Source: an uncultured delta proteobacterium (GTDB taxonomy: Bacteria > Myxococcota_A > Polyangia > Polyangiales > Polyangiaceae). From it: 64,000 nucleotides of DNA. Under the pieces are notes generated by a model that saw nothing but the letters and a program-made list of their open reading frames with translations, was not told where the DNA came from and made no database searches. A program made the position numbers and the translations under genes. This document shows positions 48,655 through 58,332 of the stretch, one piece after another; the stretch's first letter is position 1, and every line of letters starts with the position of its first letter. The stretch spans positions 512,001 through 576,000 of the forward strand of contig CAVQUB010000005.1 in NCBI GenBank assembly GCA_963716725.1, written 5' to 3'.

Positions 48655-50937
48655 TCACTTGGGCGAGCTGCAGACTGCGCTGGCCGCAGCCGAGCTGTTG
48701 TTGTCGGTGCGGCACTCGACGACGCCGCCCGGTGGGGTGATGGTCGCGTAGACCGGCGTCGCGCCGCTCTTCACGTCGGCCGGGGCGGCCGAGAGATCGA
48801 CCACCAAGACTTCAGCCTGCGCCGCGTAGAGCGGCACCGTCGTGACCGTGGACGCGAGCAAGGTGCCGCTCGGCGGACTGCCCGAGTAGACGTCGACCTT
48901 GATCCCGGCAGGCAGCGGCGCGCTGCCGAGGTTGCGGACTTCGACCAGCACGCCAAACGCGCCCGAGCAACGCGGCTTGACCGTCACTGTCGCGTCCGGC
49001 GCGCTGAGCTCGTTGCCAGGCTGCTTGTTTTGGCGGAAGTTGTTCAGACCCGGCACGGTCCAGTTCGCGACCTCTTTGGTCGGGATGGTGCCGTCCTCGC
49101 CCACGTTGGTCACGTGGTAGGTGTGCTGGTTCCAGACGCGGCGCGTGCGCACCCACGACTTGCTCTTGCTCTGGATCACCCGGATGCCGCTCTGCTTGGT
49201 GCCGCCGCAGTTGAAGGCGTAGGCGTTCGAGGCGACGACGATGTCGGCCTGCCCGTCGTTGTCCACGTCGGCGATCACCGGGTACTCGATCAGCGTGCCG
49301 GTGGTGTTGCAGGTCTTCCAGAGCTCGTTGCCGGTCGCTCCGTCGTAGACGCGCAGATAGAGCTCATCGGAGTACACGGCCTCGGCCTTGCCGTCGCCGT
49401 TGAAGTCGAAGACGGAGCTGCCGGTCGCCGCCGACGAGCAGTCTTGGGTGATGCTCTGCCAGAGCAGGGTGTCCTTGCTCGCCACGGTCGAGTCCATCAG
49501 CTTCTTGCCGTCGAAGATCACGTAGGCGATGGAGCCGGCCAGGGCGACGTCGGGCGTGCCGTCGCCGTTGAAGTCGGCGATGGTGGGCGGTCCGCCGCCG
49601 GCGGTGTGGCCGCAGGGGTTCGAGGGGGCCGTCTCGTGGATGTCGAAGGGCTGACGCACGACCTCGTAGCCAGGAGCCCCGGCCTTCACCCGCCAGATGT
49701 GCATGCGCCGGCTGCCCGTCGAGGGGTTGATGCCCACGATCTCGGGCTTGCCGTCTTTGTCCAGATCGCCGACGGCCGACCACGACGACGGGTGGGTCGA
49801 GTCCGCGAGCAGGGTGGCGTCGGCGCGATAGGCGAGGTGGCCGTTGGTGATGTCGAGCTTGCCGTCGCCGTCCAGATCCGACACCGACGGAATGCTCACC
49901 CCGGTGGGGAACGCCTTCTTCAAAGTCCCGTCTTTGCCGTTGAGGATGCCGCCCTCGACGATCACCTCCACGTCGCCGTCACCCTCCAGATCCGCCAGCG
50001 CGGGCGCGCGACAGGCGATGGACGGGCTGGTCCAGAGCACGTTGCCCTTGCCGTCGAAGGCGGTGACCGTGCTGCCGGAGCAACCGACCACCTCGTTGCC
50101 GGGCTTGCCGTCGATATTGCCGCCAGCCAGCTCGCTCATGGCGTTGACCACGCCCGGCACGCTGAACTTGTCCACGACCTTCTTGTCCACGATGGAGATG
50201 GCGTGCAGCGTTCCGATGCCGGTGTAGGCCCCGCCAGCGAAGGTCACGAAGAGGATCTCCGGGATGTCCTGCTCGGTGATCTTGCCGTCGCAGTTGTCGT
50301 CGTCGAGCTGCACGACGATGGGCGTCATCATCACGTCGCTGCTGAAGGGCGACGACGTCACTCCGCCCCAGGTGTAGGTGATCTCTGGATCGAAGGCCGC
50401 CGTGCTCGGCGGCAACTCGCATTTGGGCAAGCAGTCCGGCTTGGGCTCGGTGCCCGAGCACACCGGCGGGGTGGGCAGGCACTTGCCCTCGGCCAGCGCG
50501 AAGCCCCCGGTGCAGCTGCCCGCATCGCTCGGCGTGCCGCCGTCGCTGCCCGAGCCGAGGGCGAGCTCACAATACTCGGTGGCGGCGCAGTCGGAGCTCT
50601 CGGTGCAGGTCTTGCCCGGGGTCACGCACTTCTGAAAGCTGCACACCTCGCTGGTCGAGCAACAAGCGCCGCCGCAGGCGTTGGCCTTGTCGCAACAGAC
50701 GCCGCCGGCGCAGATGCCGCCGTCGCCGCAGGCGTTGCCAGTCTGACAGCTGCTCGAGTCGAGGTTGACCGACGCATCTCCGCCGGTTCCACCCCCGGAG
50801 CCGCCGCTCCCGCCCGTGTTTCCCGCGCCACCTGCGTTCGACGCGGTGCCGCCCGAGTCGTCGCCGCAGCTCGCGAAGATCGGAATCGACAGGATGAGAA
50901 CCGCCGCCGCCCGTCCGAGCCCCGTGACTGCCTTCAT
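48655..50937 (-). CDS. Lipoprotein with Cys-rich region, FG-GAP/VCBS repeats and CARDB-like C-terminus
   Basis: Lipobox FASC, repeated ADxDGDGxxE/D motifs, VRNLG...ECRTDNN. Confidence 0.88.
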   Translation of the reverse strand: MKAVTGLGRAAAVLILSIPIFASCGDDSGGTASNAGGAGNTGGSGGSGGGTGGDASVNLDSSSCQTGNACGDGGICAGGVCCDKANACGGACCSTSEVCSFQKCVTPGKTCTESSDCAATEYCELALGSGSDGGTPSDAGSCTGGFALAEGKCLPTPPVCSGTEPKPDCLPKCELPPSTAAFDPEITYTWGGVTSSPFSSDVMMTPIVVQLDDDNCDGKITEQDIPEILFVTFAGGAYTGIGTLHAISIVDKKVVDKFSVPGVVNAMSELAGGNIDGKPGNEVVGCSGSTVTAFDGKGNVLWTSPSIACRAPALADLEGDGDVEVIVEGGILNGKDGTLKKAFPTGVSIPSVSDLDGDGKLDITNGHLAYRADATLLADSTHPSSWSAVGDLDKDGKPEIVGINPSTGSRRMHIWRVKAGAPGYEVVRQPFDIHETAPSNPCGHTAGGGPPTIADFNGDGTPDVALAGSIAYVIFDGKKLMDSTVASKDTLLWQSITQDCSSAATGSSVFDFNGDGKAEAVYSDELYLRVYDGATGNELWKTCNTTGTLIEYPVIADVDNDGQADIVVASNAYAFNCGGTKQSGIRVIQSKSKSWVRTRRVWNQHTYHVTNVGEDGTIPTKEVANWTVPGLNNFRQNKQPGNELSAPDATVTVKPRCSGAFGVLVEVRNLGSAPLPAGIKVDVYSGSPPSGTLLASTVTTVPLYAAQAEVLVVDLSAAPADVKSGATPVYATITPPGGVVECRTDNNSSAAASAVCSSPK

Positions 50938-50981
50938 GGGGAAAGATGATGGCACGCTCCCCGATGCGTGGCCACGGGCGA

Positions 50982-51803
50982 TCAGAAGCGCCGGGCCCAG
51001 CGGTAGCGCACGCCGAGAAACCCGTAGCTGCCGGCGTAGGCGCCCAGCTCGTCGGGACCGGACACCACGACGGTGGTGGTGAACAGCCCCTCGAAGTCTT
51101 TGCGGAAGCTCACCACCGCCAGCGGCCCGATCCGTGTGGTGTTCATCGGGCGCCCGGGCGTGACCAGGTACTCGACCATGGCGCCGAACTTCACGTCTTG
51201 CGAGTCACCGGCGCCGTACACGTAGCCGAGCCGCGTGCGCATCGCGAAGGGCGGCACGACTACGGTGCGCATGACCTCTTCGAACACGTTCTTGTCTTGC
51301 GGCGCGTCGAACCACATCGGGTGAAATTCGACGAAGACCGCACCGTGCAGCACCGGCGCGAGCAGCGTGAGCTCTCCCTCCGTCACCGCGTACGCCGAGC
51401 GTTCGGCGCCGTCGGTCAGCTCGAGGTCCCGAGGCCGGTACTTGTCTTTCTTCGGCAAGTAGCGCCGGTTGAAAGGGTAGTTCCAGCGGCGGCCGAACTG
51501 CACGTCCAGGAACGGCAGGCTCGCCCGCCAGCCGGCGTAAGCGGCGGCGAATCCGGGGGTCGAGATCAGATAGCCGTCGAAGCCCGAGAACTGCCAGAAG
51601 GGCGCGCCGTAACCCAGGGTGAGCTGTGGTCGCGCGTAGACGATGCCCGCGTCGCTGGCGCTCGAAGCGTAGAAGGTGTGTTTGTCAGACTGCCAGGCCG
51701 AGTACTTTTGCTCGTCGTGCTCGAGCGGCGTCCCGCTTGCGCCGCGGGCGAACGTCACGCCGGCGAGGCACGCCACCCATCTCGAGGATCCCCGCACTCC
51801 CAC
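50982..51803 (-). CDS. Hypothetical protein, possible outer-membrane beta-barrel
   Basis: Alternating amphipathic strands, C-terminal YGFLGVRYRWARRF. Start uncertain. Confidence 0.6.
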   Translation of the reverse strand: MGVRGSSRWVACLAGVTFARGASGTPLEHDEQKYSAWQSDKHTFYASSASDAGIVYARPQLTLGYGAPFWQFSGFDGYLISTPGFAAAYAGWRASLPFLDVQFGRRWNYPFNRRYLPKKDKYRPRDLELTDGAERSAYAVTEGELTLLAPVLHGAVFVEFHPMWFDAPQDKNVFEEVMRTVVVPPFAMRTRLGYVYGAGDSQDVKFGAMVEYLVTPGRPMNTTRIGPLAVVSFRKDFEGLFTTTVVVSGPDELGAYAGSYGFLGVRYRWARRF

Positions 51804-51843
51804 GCGCGGCTGGTTAGTCCGTCGGCGCTGAGCTGGCAACCGT

Positions 51844-52350
51844 TCAGCGCTTCTTGCGGCGCGGGCGCGTGGTGGAGAGCGCTTCGAGGTGCTCGACGTC
51901 GTCCAGATCTTTGTGCCGACCCGCGTCACGCTTGCTCTGAATCAAGTCGCGAGCGCCGATCAGGTGGATACGACAGCGCTTCCCCGATGCGGTCGTCAGC
52001 GACTCGGACGATCTGCGCGTCCACGCTCGCGCGAAGCTGACCGTTCCAAGTTGTCCCAGCAGGTCGATGCGGTTCGGCGGACGACCGAACTGAACGACGA
52101 CACCGGGGGGGAGAAGTTCGTCGGCGCTCTCCAGCGCTGGGACCTCGCCACCCCAGAACTCCTGGAGCGCGAGAAAGAGGCGTTTCACGTTTGCCGGGGT
52201 CCGCTCGTAGAAAAGGTCGACGTCGCCGGTGAGCCTCGGATACCCGTGAAAGATCACGGCCTCACCGCCGACGATCAAGTAGCGCACCCGATGACGCTGG
52301 AGCAGCTGGAGCAGCTCCTGAACGTCGGCGGAGAGGTGTTCGCCCGTCAT
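51844..52350 (-). CDS. Nucleotidyltransferase (DUF6036-like)
   Basis: YLIVGGEAVIFHGYPRLTGDVDL (GG...DxD), RIDLL and SKRDAGRHKDLDD. Confidence 0.85.
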   Translation of the reverse strand: MTGEHLSADVQELLQLLQRHRVRYLIVGGEAVIFHGYPRLTGDVDLFYERTPANVKRLFLALQEFWGGEVPALESADELLPPGVVVQFGRPPNRIDLLGQLGTVSFARAWTRRSSESLTTASGKRCRIHLIGARDLIQSKRDAGRHKDLDDVEHLEALSTTRPRRKKR

Positions 52351-52538
52351 GGTTCGCCGCGCGTGCGGCGGGACCCCGCGAACACGCTGCGCACGTCCGG
52401 CGCGTCGCTGCCGTAGTACCGGACTCGCAGCGTGCGGGCGACGCGGCGGCGCTCTTCAACGCTCATGCTTCGGTACTGCTCGAGCTCCCACGCCCGAGCC
52501 TCGGCGAACGAGCTGGACTTCTTGGCGACGCGCTCCAC
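52347..52538 (-). CDS. Small helical partner protein of the nucleotidyltransferase
   Basis: MERVAKKSSSFAEARAWELEQYRSMSVEER. ATGA overlap with the downstream gene. Confidence 0.7.
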   Translation of the reverse strand: MERVAKKSSSFAEARAWELEQYRSMSVEERRRVARTLRVRYYGSDAPDVRSVFAGSRRTRGEP

Positions 52539-52580
52539 GTCCGAAGCTTCGCATGCGTTCCGCCTCACGTCCACGCCAGC

Positions 52581-54029
52581 TCAGCCCGCGAGCGCGGCCA
52601 GCACCCGCTGGTGGATCCCACCGAAGGCCCCGTTCGATAGCAGGGCAACCACGTCACCCGCTTCGACCCGCTGTGCGAGCGCCGTGATGATGGTGTCGAT
52701 GTTTGCGTGGGCCTCCGCGCGCGGTCCGCGCCGCGAGAGCTCTTCACAAAGCCGCGTGGTGTCGAGGCGTTCTTCGGGCGCGAGGTTGTCGCGGCCGAGC
52801 GGCGCGAAGTGAACCTCGTGGGCCAAGTCGAAGCTCTTCACGTATTCGGCTTGGTGAAGGTTGCGACAGGCCGTCGCGCTGCGGGGCTCGAAGACCACGA
52901 ACAGCCGGCCCGCCGGGTGTTTCTGTCGGAAGGCAGCCAGGGTCTCGCGCACCGCGGTCGGGTGGTGCGCGAAGTCGTCGTACACAAACACGCCGCGGGG
53001 CTCGCCGAGCAGATCCTGCCGCCGGCGCACGCCCTCGAAGCGAGAGAGCGCGTGGGCGAGCTCGCCGAGCTTCGCGCCGTAGCCCTGGGCGCAGGCGGCC
53101 AACGCTCCCAGAGCGTTCTCGAGGTTGTGACGGCCCGGCACCCGAAGCGCGAAGCGACCCGCCGCCACGCCGCCGGCGAAGAGATCGAAGGTCGTGCCCT
53201 CGGGCTTCTGTTCGGCCGGCGCCGCGAGCCAGTGCGGGGGCATGCCGTGGGTGTCTGCGCCTTCGAGCGCGTACCAGGCGACGGGCGCGCGGGCGTTCGC
53301 GTTGACCACCTCGACCACCAGGGGATCCGAGGCCGCCGCCACGATCAGCCCGGACTCGGGGATGCCCGCGACGAACCTGCGGAACGCATCCAGATACGAG
53401 TCGAGGGTCGGGTAGATGTCGATGTGATCGTGCTCGATGCTGGTGATGATCGCGACCTCCGCCGAGTAGTGGAGGAATTTGGCGGTCTTCTCGAAGAACG
53501 CGGTGTCGTACTCGTCGCCTTCGATCACGAAGGGCGCCCGGCGCAGCGCGCCCTGGGCCGGCAGCGTCGTGCGCGATGGCGGCGCGCGGAAGCTCTGGCT
53601 GAAGTTCTTCGGCAACCCGCCGATCAAGAAGCCCGGCTCACGCCCGACGGCGTCGAGCAGCCAGGCGGCCATGGCGCTGGTGGTGGTCTTGCCATGCGTG
53701 CCCGCGACGACCAGCGGCGAGGTCTTCGAGAGCACGAACTCTTGCAGCGCGCCCGCGATGTGCGTGTAGCGCAGGCCGCCTTCCATCGCCGCCATGGCCT
53801 CGGGGTTGTTCCGGCGGCACACGTTGCCGATCACCACCAGATCGGGCTCGGGATCGAGGTGCTTCGGATCGAAGCCGGTCAGCTTGCGCACGCCCCAGGC
53901 GTCCAAGGCCGGGCCCATCGGCGGATCGAAGGCCACGTCGCTGCCCGAGACGTCGTGCCCCAGCGCTTTGAGCAAACCGGCCAACGCCCCCATGCCCGTA
54001 CCGGCGACCGCGACCACGTGAATGTGCAT
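52581..54029 (-). CDS. mpl: Murein peptide ligase (UDP-MurNAc:L-Ala-gamma-D-Glu-meso-DAP ligase)
   Basis: GTGMGALA, VAGTHGKTTT, EGDEYDTAFFEK, DDFAHHPTA, FEPRS and SNGAFGG. Confidence 0.92.
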   Translation of the reverse strand: MHIHVVAVAGTGMGALAGLLKALGHDVSGSDVAFDPPMGPALDAWGVRKLTGFDPKHLDPEPDLVVIGNVCRRNNPEAMAAMEGGLRYTHIAGALQEFVLSKTSPLVVAGTHGKTTTSAMAAWLLDAVGREPGFLIGGLPKNFSQSFRAPPSRTTLPAQGALRRAPFVIEGDEYDTAFFEKTAKFLHYSAEVAIITSIEHDHIDIYPTLDSYLDAFRRFVAGIPESGLIVAAASDPLVVEVVNANARAPVAWYALEGADTHGMPPHWLAAPAEQKPEGTTFDLFAGGVAAGRFALRVPGRHNLENALGALAACAQGYGAKLGELAHALSRFEGVRRRQDLLGEPRGVFVYDDFAHHPTAVRETLAAFRQKHPAGRLFVVFEPRSATACRNLHQAEYVKSFDLAHEVHFAPLGRDNLAPEERLDTTRLCEELSRRGPRAEAHANIDTIITALAQRVEAGDVVALLSNGAFGGIHQRVLAALAG

Positions 54030-54190
54030 GCCTTCTCTCGCTCCCTGGTGCTCGGGACTTTGCCCTGCTAAACGCTTCGGCTTCTCATGAAGATCATCGA
54101 GAAGCTGGCCGCCAAGAAGCCCTCGTTCTCGTTCGAGTTCTTCCCCCCGAAGGACGAAGAAGGCAAGCAGCGTCTGTTCGAGACGGTGGC
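53900..54190 (+). repeat. 291-bp direct repeat, copy 1 (mpl 5' end, divergent intergenic region, metF 5' end)
   Basis: Matches 58034-58332 except for one substitution and an 8-bp duplication in copy 2. Confidence 0.97.
54087..54190 (+). pseudogene. metF: Truncated duplicate of the metF 5' end
   Basis: MKIIEKL...LFETVA identical to the gene at 58229, then runs into unrelated sequence. Confidence 0.9.
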
Positions 54191-54361
54191 TGATTTGGGC
54201 CGGAGCGTGTCCGCTCCGACAGGCAAGCGCATGGTCGACCGGGCGAAATCGAGAGATGGTCGCGGCCGGGCGTCAGGGGCGACGTCGGCGCGCCTTCCGT
54301 CGCCAGCGCGAGCGCTGATGGCTCATCGCCGCCAGTGCTCGCGCGTGCGCCCGGCAATTGC

Positions 54362-55313
54362 TCAGTGGTAGGTCCACCCGTTCGGACTGGAGTGGTAGAA
54401 GTCCCCCGAGTAGACGGTGGTGGTGCTCGCCATGGAAACCGGAGTCACTCTTAGCTGTAGCCGGCGCCCCCAAATCTCGGAATCTCGCAACTGAACACGC
54501 TTGGTCATGCTCGAGCTGTAGTCGCCGCGGATCACCGCGCCCGTGTCTGCATTGATCACCTCGATGGTGATTCTCGGTACAGCGACGAAGTCGGCGTCCT
54601 CGAAGTACAGCACCCAGTTGTACTGACGAACCGAGCTTGGCATGGGATTGCACCCGTTGATGCAGCCCCATGCCGTCACGCCCGGCGGACACGCCCAATA
54701 CGTCGGCGGACTCGGCCAGGCTCGCTGCCGCGACGGACGATAGCCGGAGAGTTACCAGGTTCGCGAGCCAGCTCCTGCCGACCTCGGATCCTCCACGGGC
54801 TCGTGCTCGAGCGACGAGTGCGTCTTGGATTGGGGCAAGCGAGCGCGCCCGACCAGCGATGGCAGCCTCTCGTGCCGAAGCCCCCGGTGGCAGGGGGCGG
54901 AGCGGTGGAATTCCGTTTTCCGAGAGTTCGAAGGTCACGGATATCTCCTGGGAGGGGTCAAGTCCCCTCAATGTCGCAATCGCGTCGGCGACCGGGGAAA
55001 GCCTGCTCGGCGAGTCGCTTCTCGGCCCGGTTTCCGCCAGCTCTCGGAGCCGCTCTAGGTCGCCATCGGACGTGCGGGTGAACGCCCAGCGCGGAGTGTG
55101 CCCGAAGACCTGCCCGCGTCCGTCGTTGTCGTCCGTCACGAAGAAAGACGTCGCATCCTGCTCCACGTCTGCTTTTTCGCCCGCGAGCAACCCAGCGCTC
55201 GTCTCGCTGTTGCCCCCCTCGTCGTCCATCGAGCAGGCCAGAAACACGAATGCCACTCCAAAGCATCCATGCCGTATGTTCGACTTGAACCAATTGCGCG
55301 TTGTATTTCGCAT
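54362..55313 (-). pseudogene. Probable subtilase-like lipoprotein remnant lacking its catalytic domain
   Basis: Lipobox FLAC and propeptide-like QDALVARARARGG...WLANLVTLRL...LAESADV. The frame shifts near 54675 into a C-terminal beta domain. No catalytic D/H/S motifs. Confidence 0.5.
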
Positions 55314-55507
55314 CGCGAACTCCTGTTTCTTCACGACCGGCGCGGTCGCGAGTCCCGCGATGATGGTCGGGACGCCTCGAGCGTCAGCGTTAAGAAGGCG
55401 TTTGATTGCCCCCTCATGTTTGCCTGTTGGGCTTGGACCGAGCGCCGCAGCAGGGCGCCCCGTGCGTCGCCCACGGGCGCCCGTGATGGAGCGAAACCGA
55501 CCTTCGC

Positions 55508-57202
55508 TTGAGTTTCGCGACCGGACGTGCGACTGACGGGCGGATTGCGGAACGCCCGCCGCGCTGGGGAAGCATCGGCTGCCAGGAGGCTGGCGCGAAT
55601 TCGGTTTGGCCGAATCGTTGCGCTGTTCTCGGTGGGAACGGTCGTCCGACGCTCACATGGGTGGTGGCGTTGACGAGCGTCAGCATCGCGAAGCGAGCTG
55701 CCTTCCCCTTCGACCTGCTCTACTGGCCTGACGATTACTTCATGACGGTGTTGATGAAGATCGACGCTGGTCGGTCGCCGTATTCGCCCCCGGCAGAGGC
55801 CAATTCCTGGATCTACGCGCCGGGTGGCCCCTATCTCCACTGGTTGCTGCTGGCGCCGTTGGGCCTCGTGCGGAGCTTCGCGGCGAACAAGGCCCTCGCG
55901 TTGACGTGGCTGGTTGGCGCCGTTGGCCTCGGCACCTGGGCCGGCTGGCAACTTGCATCTGCGCTGGCGTGGCTTCCCGTCGGAAGGGTCTCACGCGCTC
56001 TGTTCGCCGTGGTCCTGGCGTTGATGTTGGCGCTGGCCGCGTGTACCAATCCGGTCGCCGACTCGCTCCACCCGACGAATCTCGAGCTCATGTTCATCAC
56101 GGGCGCCGTCGGCCTCGCAGCGCGATGGCCTTCCCTCACCGAAAAACAGCGCGTGGTCATCGCGTTGGTGTTGCCCGCGCTGGCCGTCGCCGCGAAGCAG
56201 ACGGCCGGGCTCGTGACGGCCGGCACCTTCACCGCGCTCGCGCTCCTGACAGGCGGCTCGTGGCGATCCCGAGTCGCCGGAGCATTGCTCCCTGCGGCGG
56301 GCGTGGGTGCGATGCTCGCGCTACTCACGCTCACGAGCAGAGGCTGGTTTTGGGTGTGGTGCTACACCATGCCGCGGGGCGCCCCCTGGGAGATGTGGAA
56401 GACGCGCGACCTCACGCACGGCATGGGGCTGTGGCTGTACCCCTCACTGGCTGTGATTGCCGCCAAGTCGCTTCATGCGCTGGCTCAGCGTCCACGCGAG
56501 TGGGCCTGGTTTCGCGGGCTCTTGCCGATCGCTGCGTACACCCCGCTCGCGCTGATTGCTCTGCTCAAGGCTCTCGGCGGCCCCAACAACCTGACAGTCC
56601 TGTCGTTTCTCTACGCTGTGCCAACGGGGACCGTCCTCGCGCGCCACATGACGACAGGGGCGACCTTGCGGCGCGTGCTCGCGTGCAACCTTGCGGCGCT
56701 ATTGGCCTTCGCGATTTGGCTGCCGCAAAAGCGAGTCCCCGCCGCCAGGGACTATGAGCATGGTGAGACGGTGTGTCGGTATTTCGAAGCCAGAACACGC
56801 TGTGGCGAGCGAGTCCTCCTGCCCCGCGGGGCGGCCTGTTTCGCTCGCACCGCCATCGCATTTCCCCGCGATCGAGCCATGCCAGCGATGGATGCGGCCG
56901 TGGCGGGGCACGGGCTTCAGATGACGGAACGCTTGCTTCGACGGGAGTACGACATCGTGATCTTGGAAGAGACCGATTTGCGCTCGGCTTGGCTCCGCGG
57001 CGCGCTCGCCCCGCTCCGGACTCACTACGCGGAGTTCGGACAAATTGAAGGCGGCCAGGCTGGCGACCTCTGGCTCGAGGGCTGGGGCGACCTCATGGCT
57101 GGTCCCGTCTCGCTCTTCGAGAGGAACACCGAGGCGGGACGGCACCGGGTGGACCAGAGCGCCTTCGAATGCCCCACTCAGCCCCCGCCGACCAGGCGTT
57201 AA
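55508..57202 (+). CDS. Polytopic GT-C-like membrane glycosyltransferase
   Basis: FPFDLLYWPDD...GRSPY...IYAPG first loop, AKQT, many TMs. 5' end uncertain, with a possible frameshift near 55645. Confidence 0.65.
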   Translation: MSFATGRATDGRIAERPPRWGSIGCQEAGANSVWPNRCAVLGGNGRPTLTWVVALTSVSIAKRAAFPFDLLYWPDDYFMTVLMKIDAGRSPYSPPAEANSWIYAPGGPYLHWLLLAPLGLVRSFAANKALALTWLVGAVGLGTWAGWQLASALAWLPVGRVSRALFAVVLALMLALAACTNPVADSLHPTNLELMFITGAVGLAARWPSLTEKQRVVIALVLPALAVAAKQTAGLVTAGTFTALALLTGGSWRSRVAGALLPAAGVGAMLALLTLTSRGWFWVWCYTMPRGAPWEMWKTRDLTHGMGLWLYPSLAVIAAKSLHALAQRPREWAWFRGLLPIAAYTPLALIALLKALGGPNNLTVLSFLYAVPTGTVLARHMTTGATLRRVLACNLAALLAFAIWLPQKRVPAARDYEHGETVCRYFEARTRCGERVLLPRGAACFARTAIAFPRDRAMPAMDAAVAGHGLQMTERLLRREYDIVILEETDLRSAWLRGALAPLRTHYAEFGQIEGGQAGDLWLEGWGDLMAGPVSLFERNTEAGRHRVDQSAFECPTQPPPTRR

Positions 57203-57267
57203 GACGGCGTTAGGCCGAGGCTCGCCCTGGTCGCTGCGAGCCCACCCGGCTACGATCCCGCGGTCAC

Positions 57268-58032
57268 ATGGGGAGACCGGCTTCGGGCGAATTTCACTCC
57301 CGGCTTCCGGTGCTGATCGCGGAGGGAGTCGGCGAGTACCGTCCGCTCTTGGACGAAGTCGTGGCGTGCACTCGTCCGGCATTCGGTCCGGACCGCCTGA
57401 TAGTCGAGTGCGACGACGCCGTGGCCCCCGGTGACGCACCGAGCGGTGACGGCGTGATCCTGCTCGATGCGAAGTGCGGGCGCTGGGCCGTTGAACGGGC
57501 TGCCGCGCTGGCGTCGCTCCGATTTCACGGCGTGGTGGTCGTCGTCGGGCTCCCGCGGGCGGAACCCATGGCGATCGACGGCTGGCGCGCCGGCGCCCAC
57601 CTGTGGGAGACGGTCCCGCTGAGCCACGCTCGGTTTGCTGCGAACATCCGCGCGCTCGCAAGGCGCTTGGTCTTCGATGACCCCGACGACGAAGTCCCCG
57701 TCGGTGTCCACGCGGCATCGTGCTCGCTCCTCGTCGAAGAAAGAAGAGTTCGGTTGACGCCGCGCGAGTTCGCGATCGCGCACTTCCTGCTCGAACGCGG
57801 TGGCCACTGGACGAGTCAGCGGCAAATCGTCGCGGGTGCGTTCGGGACGCACCACGCGAACGACACGTCGGTGGTGCGTGTGCACGTCTTCTCGATCCGA
57901 GCGAAGCTCGGCAACGAGTTTGCGTGGATCGTAGAAAGCAGGGAAAACTTTGGCTATCGGATTGTGCTGAGGCGCGACTGCACGCCGGCGCGATTGCGGC
58001 TGCCGCATGCTAGGTATGGCCGTCGGCACTGA
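57268..58032 (+). CDS. OmpR/PhoB-type winged-helix regulator with degenerate receiver region
   Basis: RLTPREFAIAHFL...SVVRVHVFSIRAKLG...IVESRENFGYRI. Confidence 0.75.
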   Translation: MGRPASGEFHSRLPVLIAEGVGEYRPLLDEVVACTRPAFGPDRLIVECDDAVAPGDAPSGDGVILLDAKCGRWAVERAAALASLRFHGVVVVVGLPRAEPMAIDGWRAGAHLWETVPLSHARFAANIRALARRLVFDDPDDEVPVGVHAASCSLLVEERRVRLTPREFAIAHFLLERGGHWTSQRQIVAGAFGTHHANDTSVVRVHVFSIRAKLGNEFAWIVESRENFGYRIVLRRDCTPARLRLPHARYGRRH

Positions 58033-58033
58033 C

Positions 58034-58171
58034 CGTCCAAGGCCGGGCCCATCGGCCCATCGGCGGATCGAAGGCCACGTCGCTGCCCGAGACGTCGTGC
58101 CCCAGCGCTTTGAGCAAACCGGCCAGCGCCCCCATGCCCGTACCGGCGACCGCGACCACGTGAATGTGCAT
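58034..58171 (-). pseudogene. mpl: Truncated duplicate of the mpl 5' end
   Basis: MHIHVVAVAGTGMG...FDPPMG, then frameshifted by the 8-bp duplication. Confidence 0.9.
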
Positions 58172-58332
58172 GCCTTCTCTCGCTCCCTGGTGCTCGGGAC
58201 TTTGCCCTGCTAAACGCTTCGGCTTCTCATGAAGATCATCGAGAAGCTGGCCGCCAAGAAGCCCTCGTTCTCGTTCGAGTTCTTCCCCCCGAAGGACGAA
58301 GAAGGCAAGCAGCGTCTGTTCGAGACGGTGGC
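58034..58332 (+). repeat. Direct repeat copy 2 (299 bp)
   Basis: Contains an extra GGCCCATC unit and CCAGCG where copy 1 has CCAACG. Confidence 0.97.

Larger units (their letters stand above)
54191..58033. mobile_element. 3.8-kb insertion or island remnant bounded by long direct repeats, no recombinase inside
   Basis: Defined by the flanking 291/299-bp duplication. Confidence 0.6.

Noticed and set aside
51827..52585. 11-bp inverted repeat (GCTGAGCTGGC / GCCAGCTCAGC) bracketing the nucleotidyltransferase pair
   Set aside because: Short and GC-rich, does not extend, no target duplication seen. Chance is plausible.
58172..58228. SAM riboswitch upstream of metF
   Set aside because: Only 57 nt shared with mpl, and no riboswitch motif was recognised.
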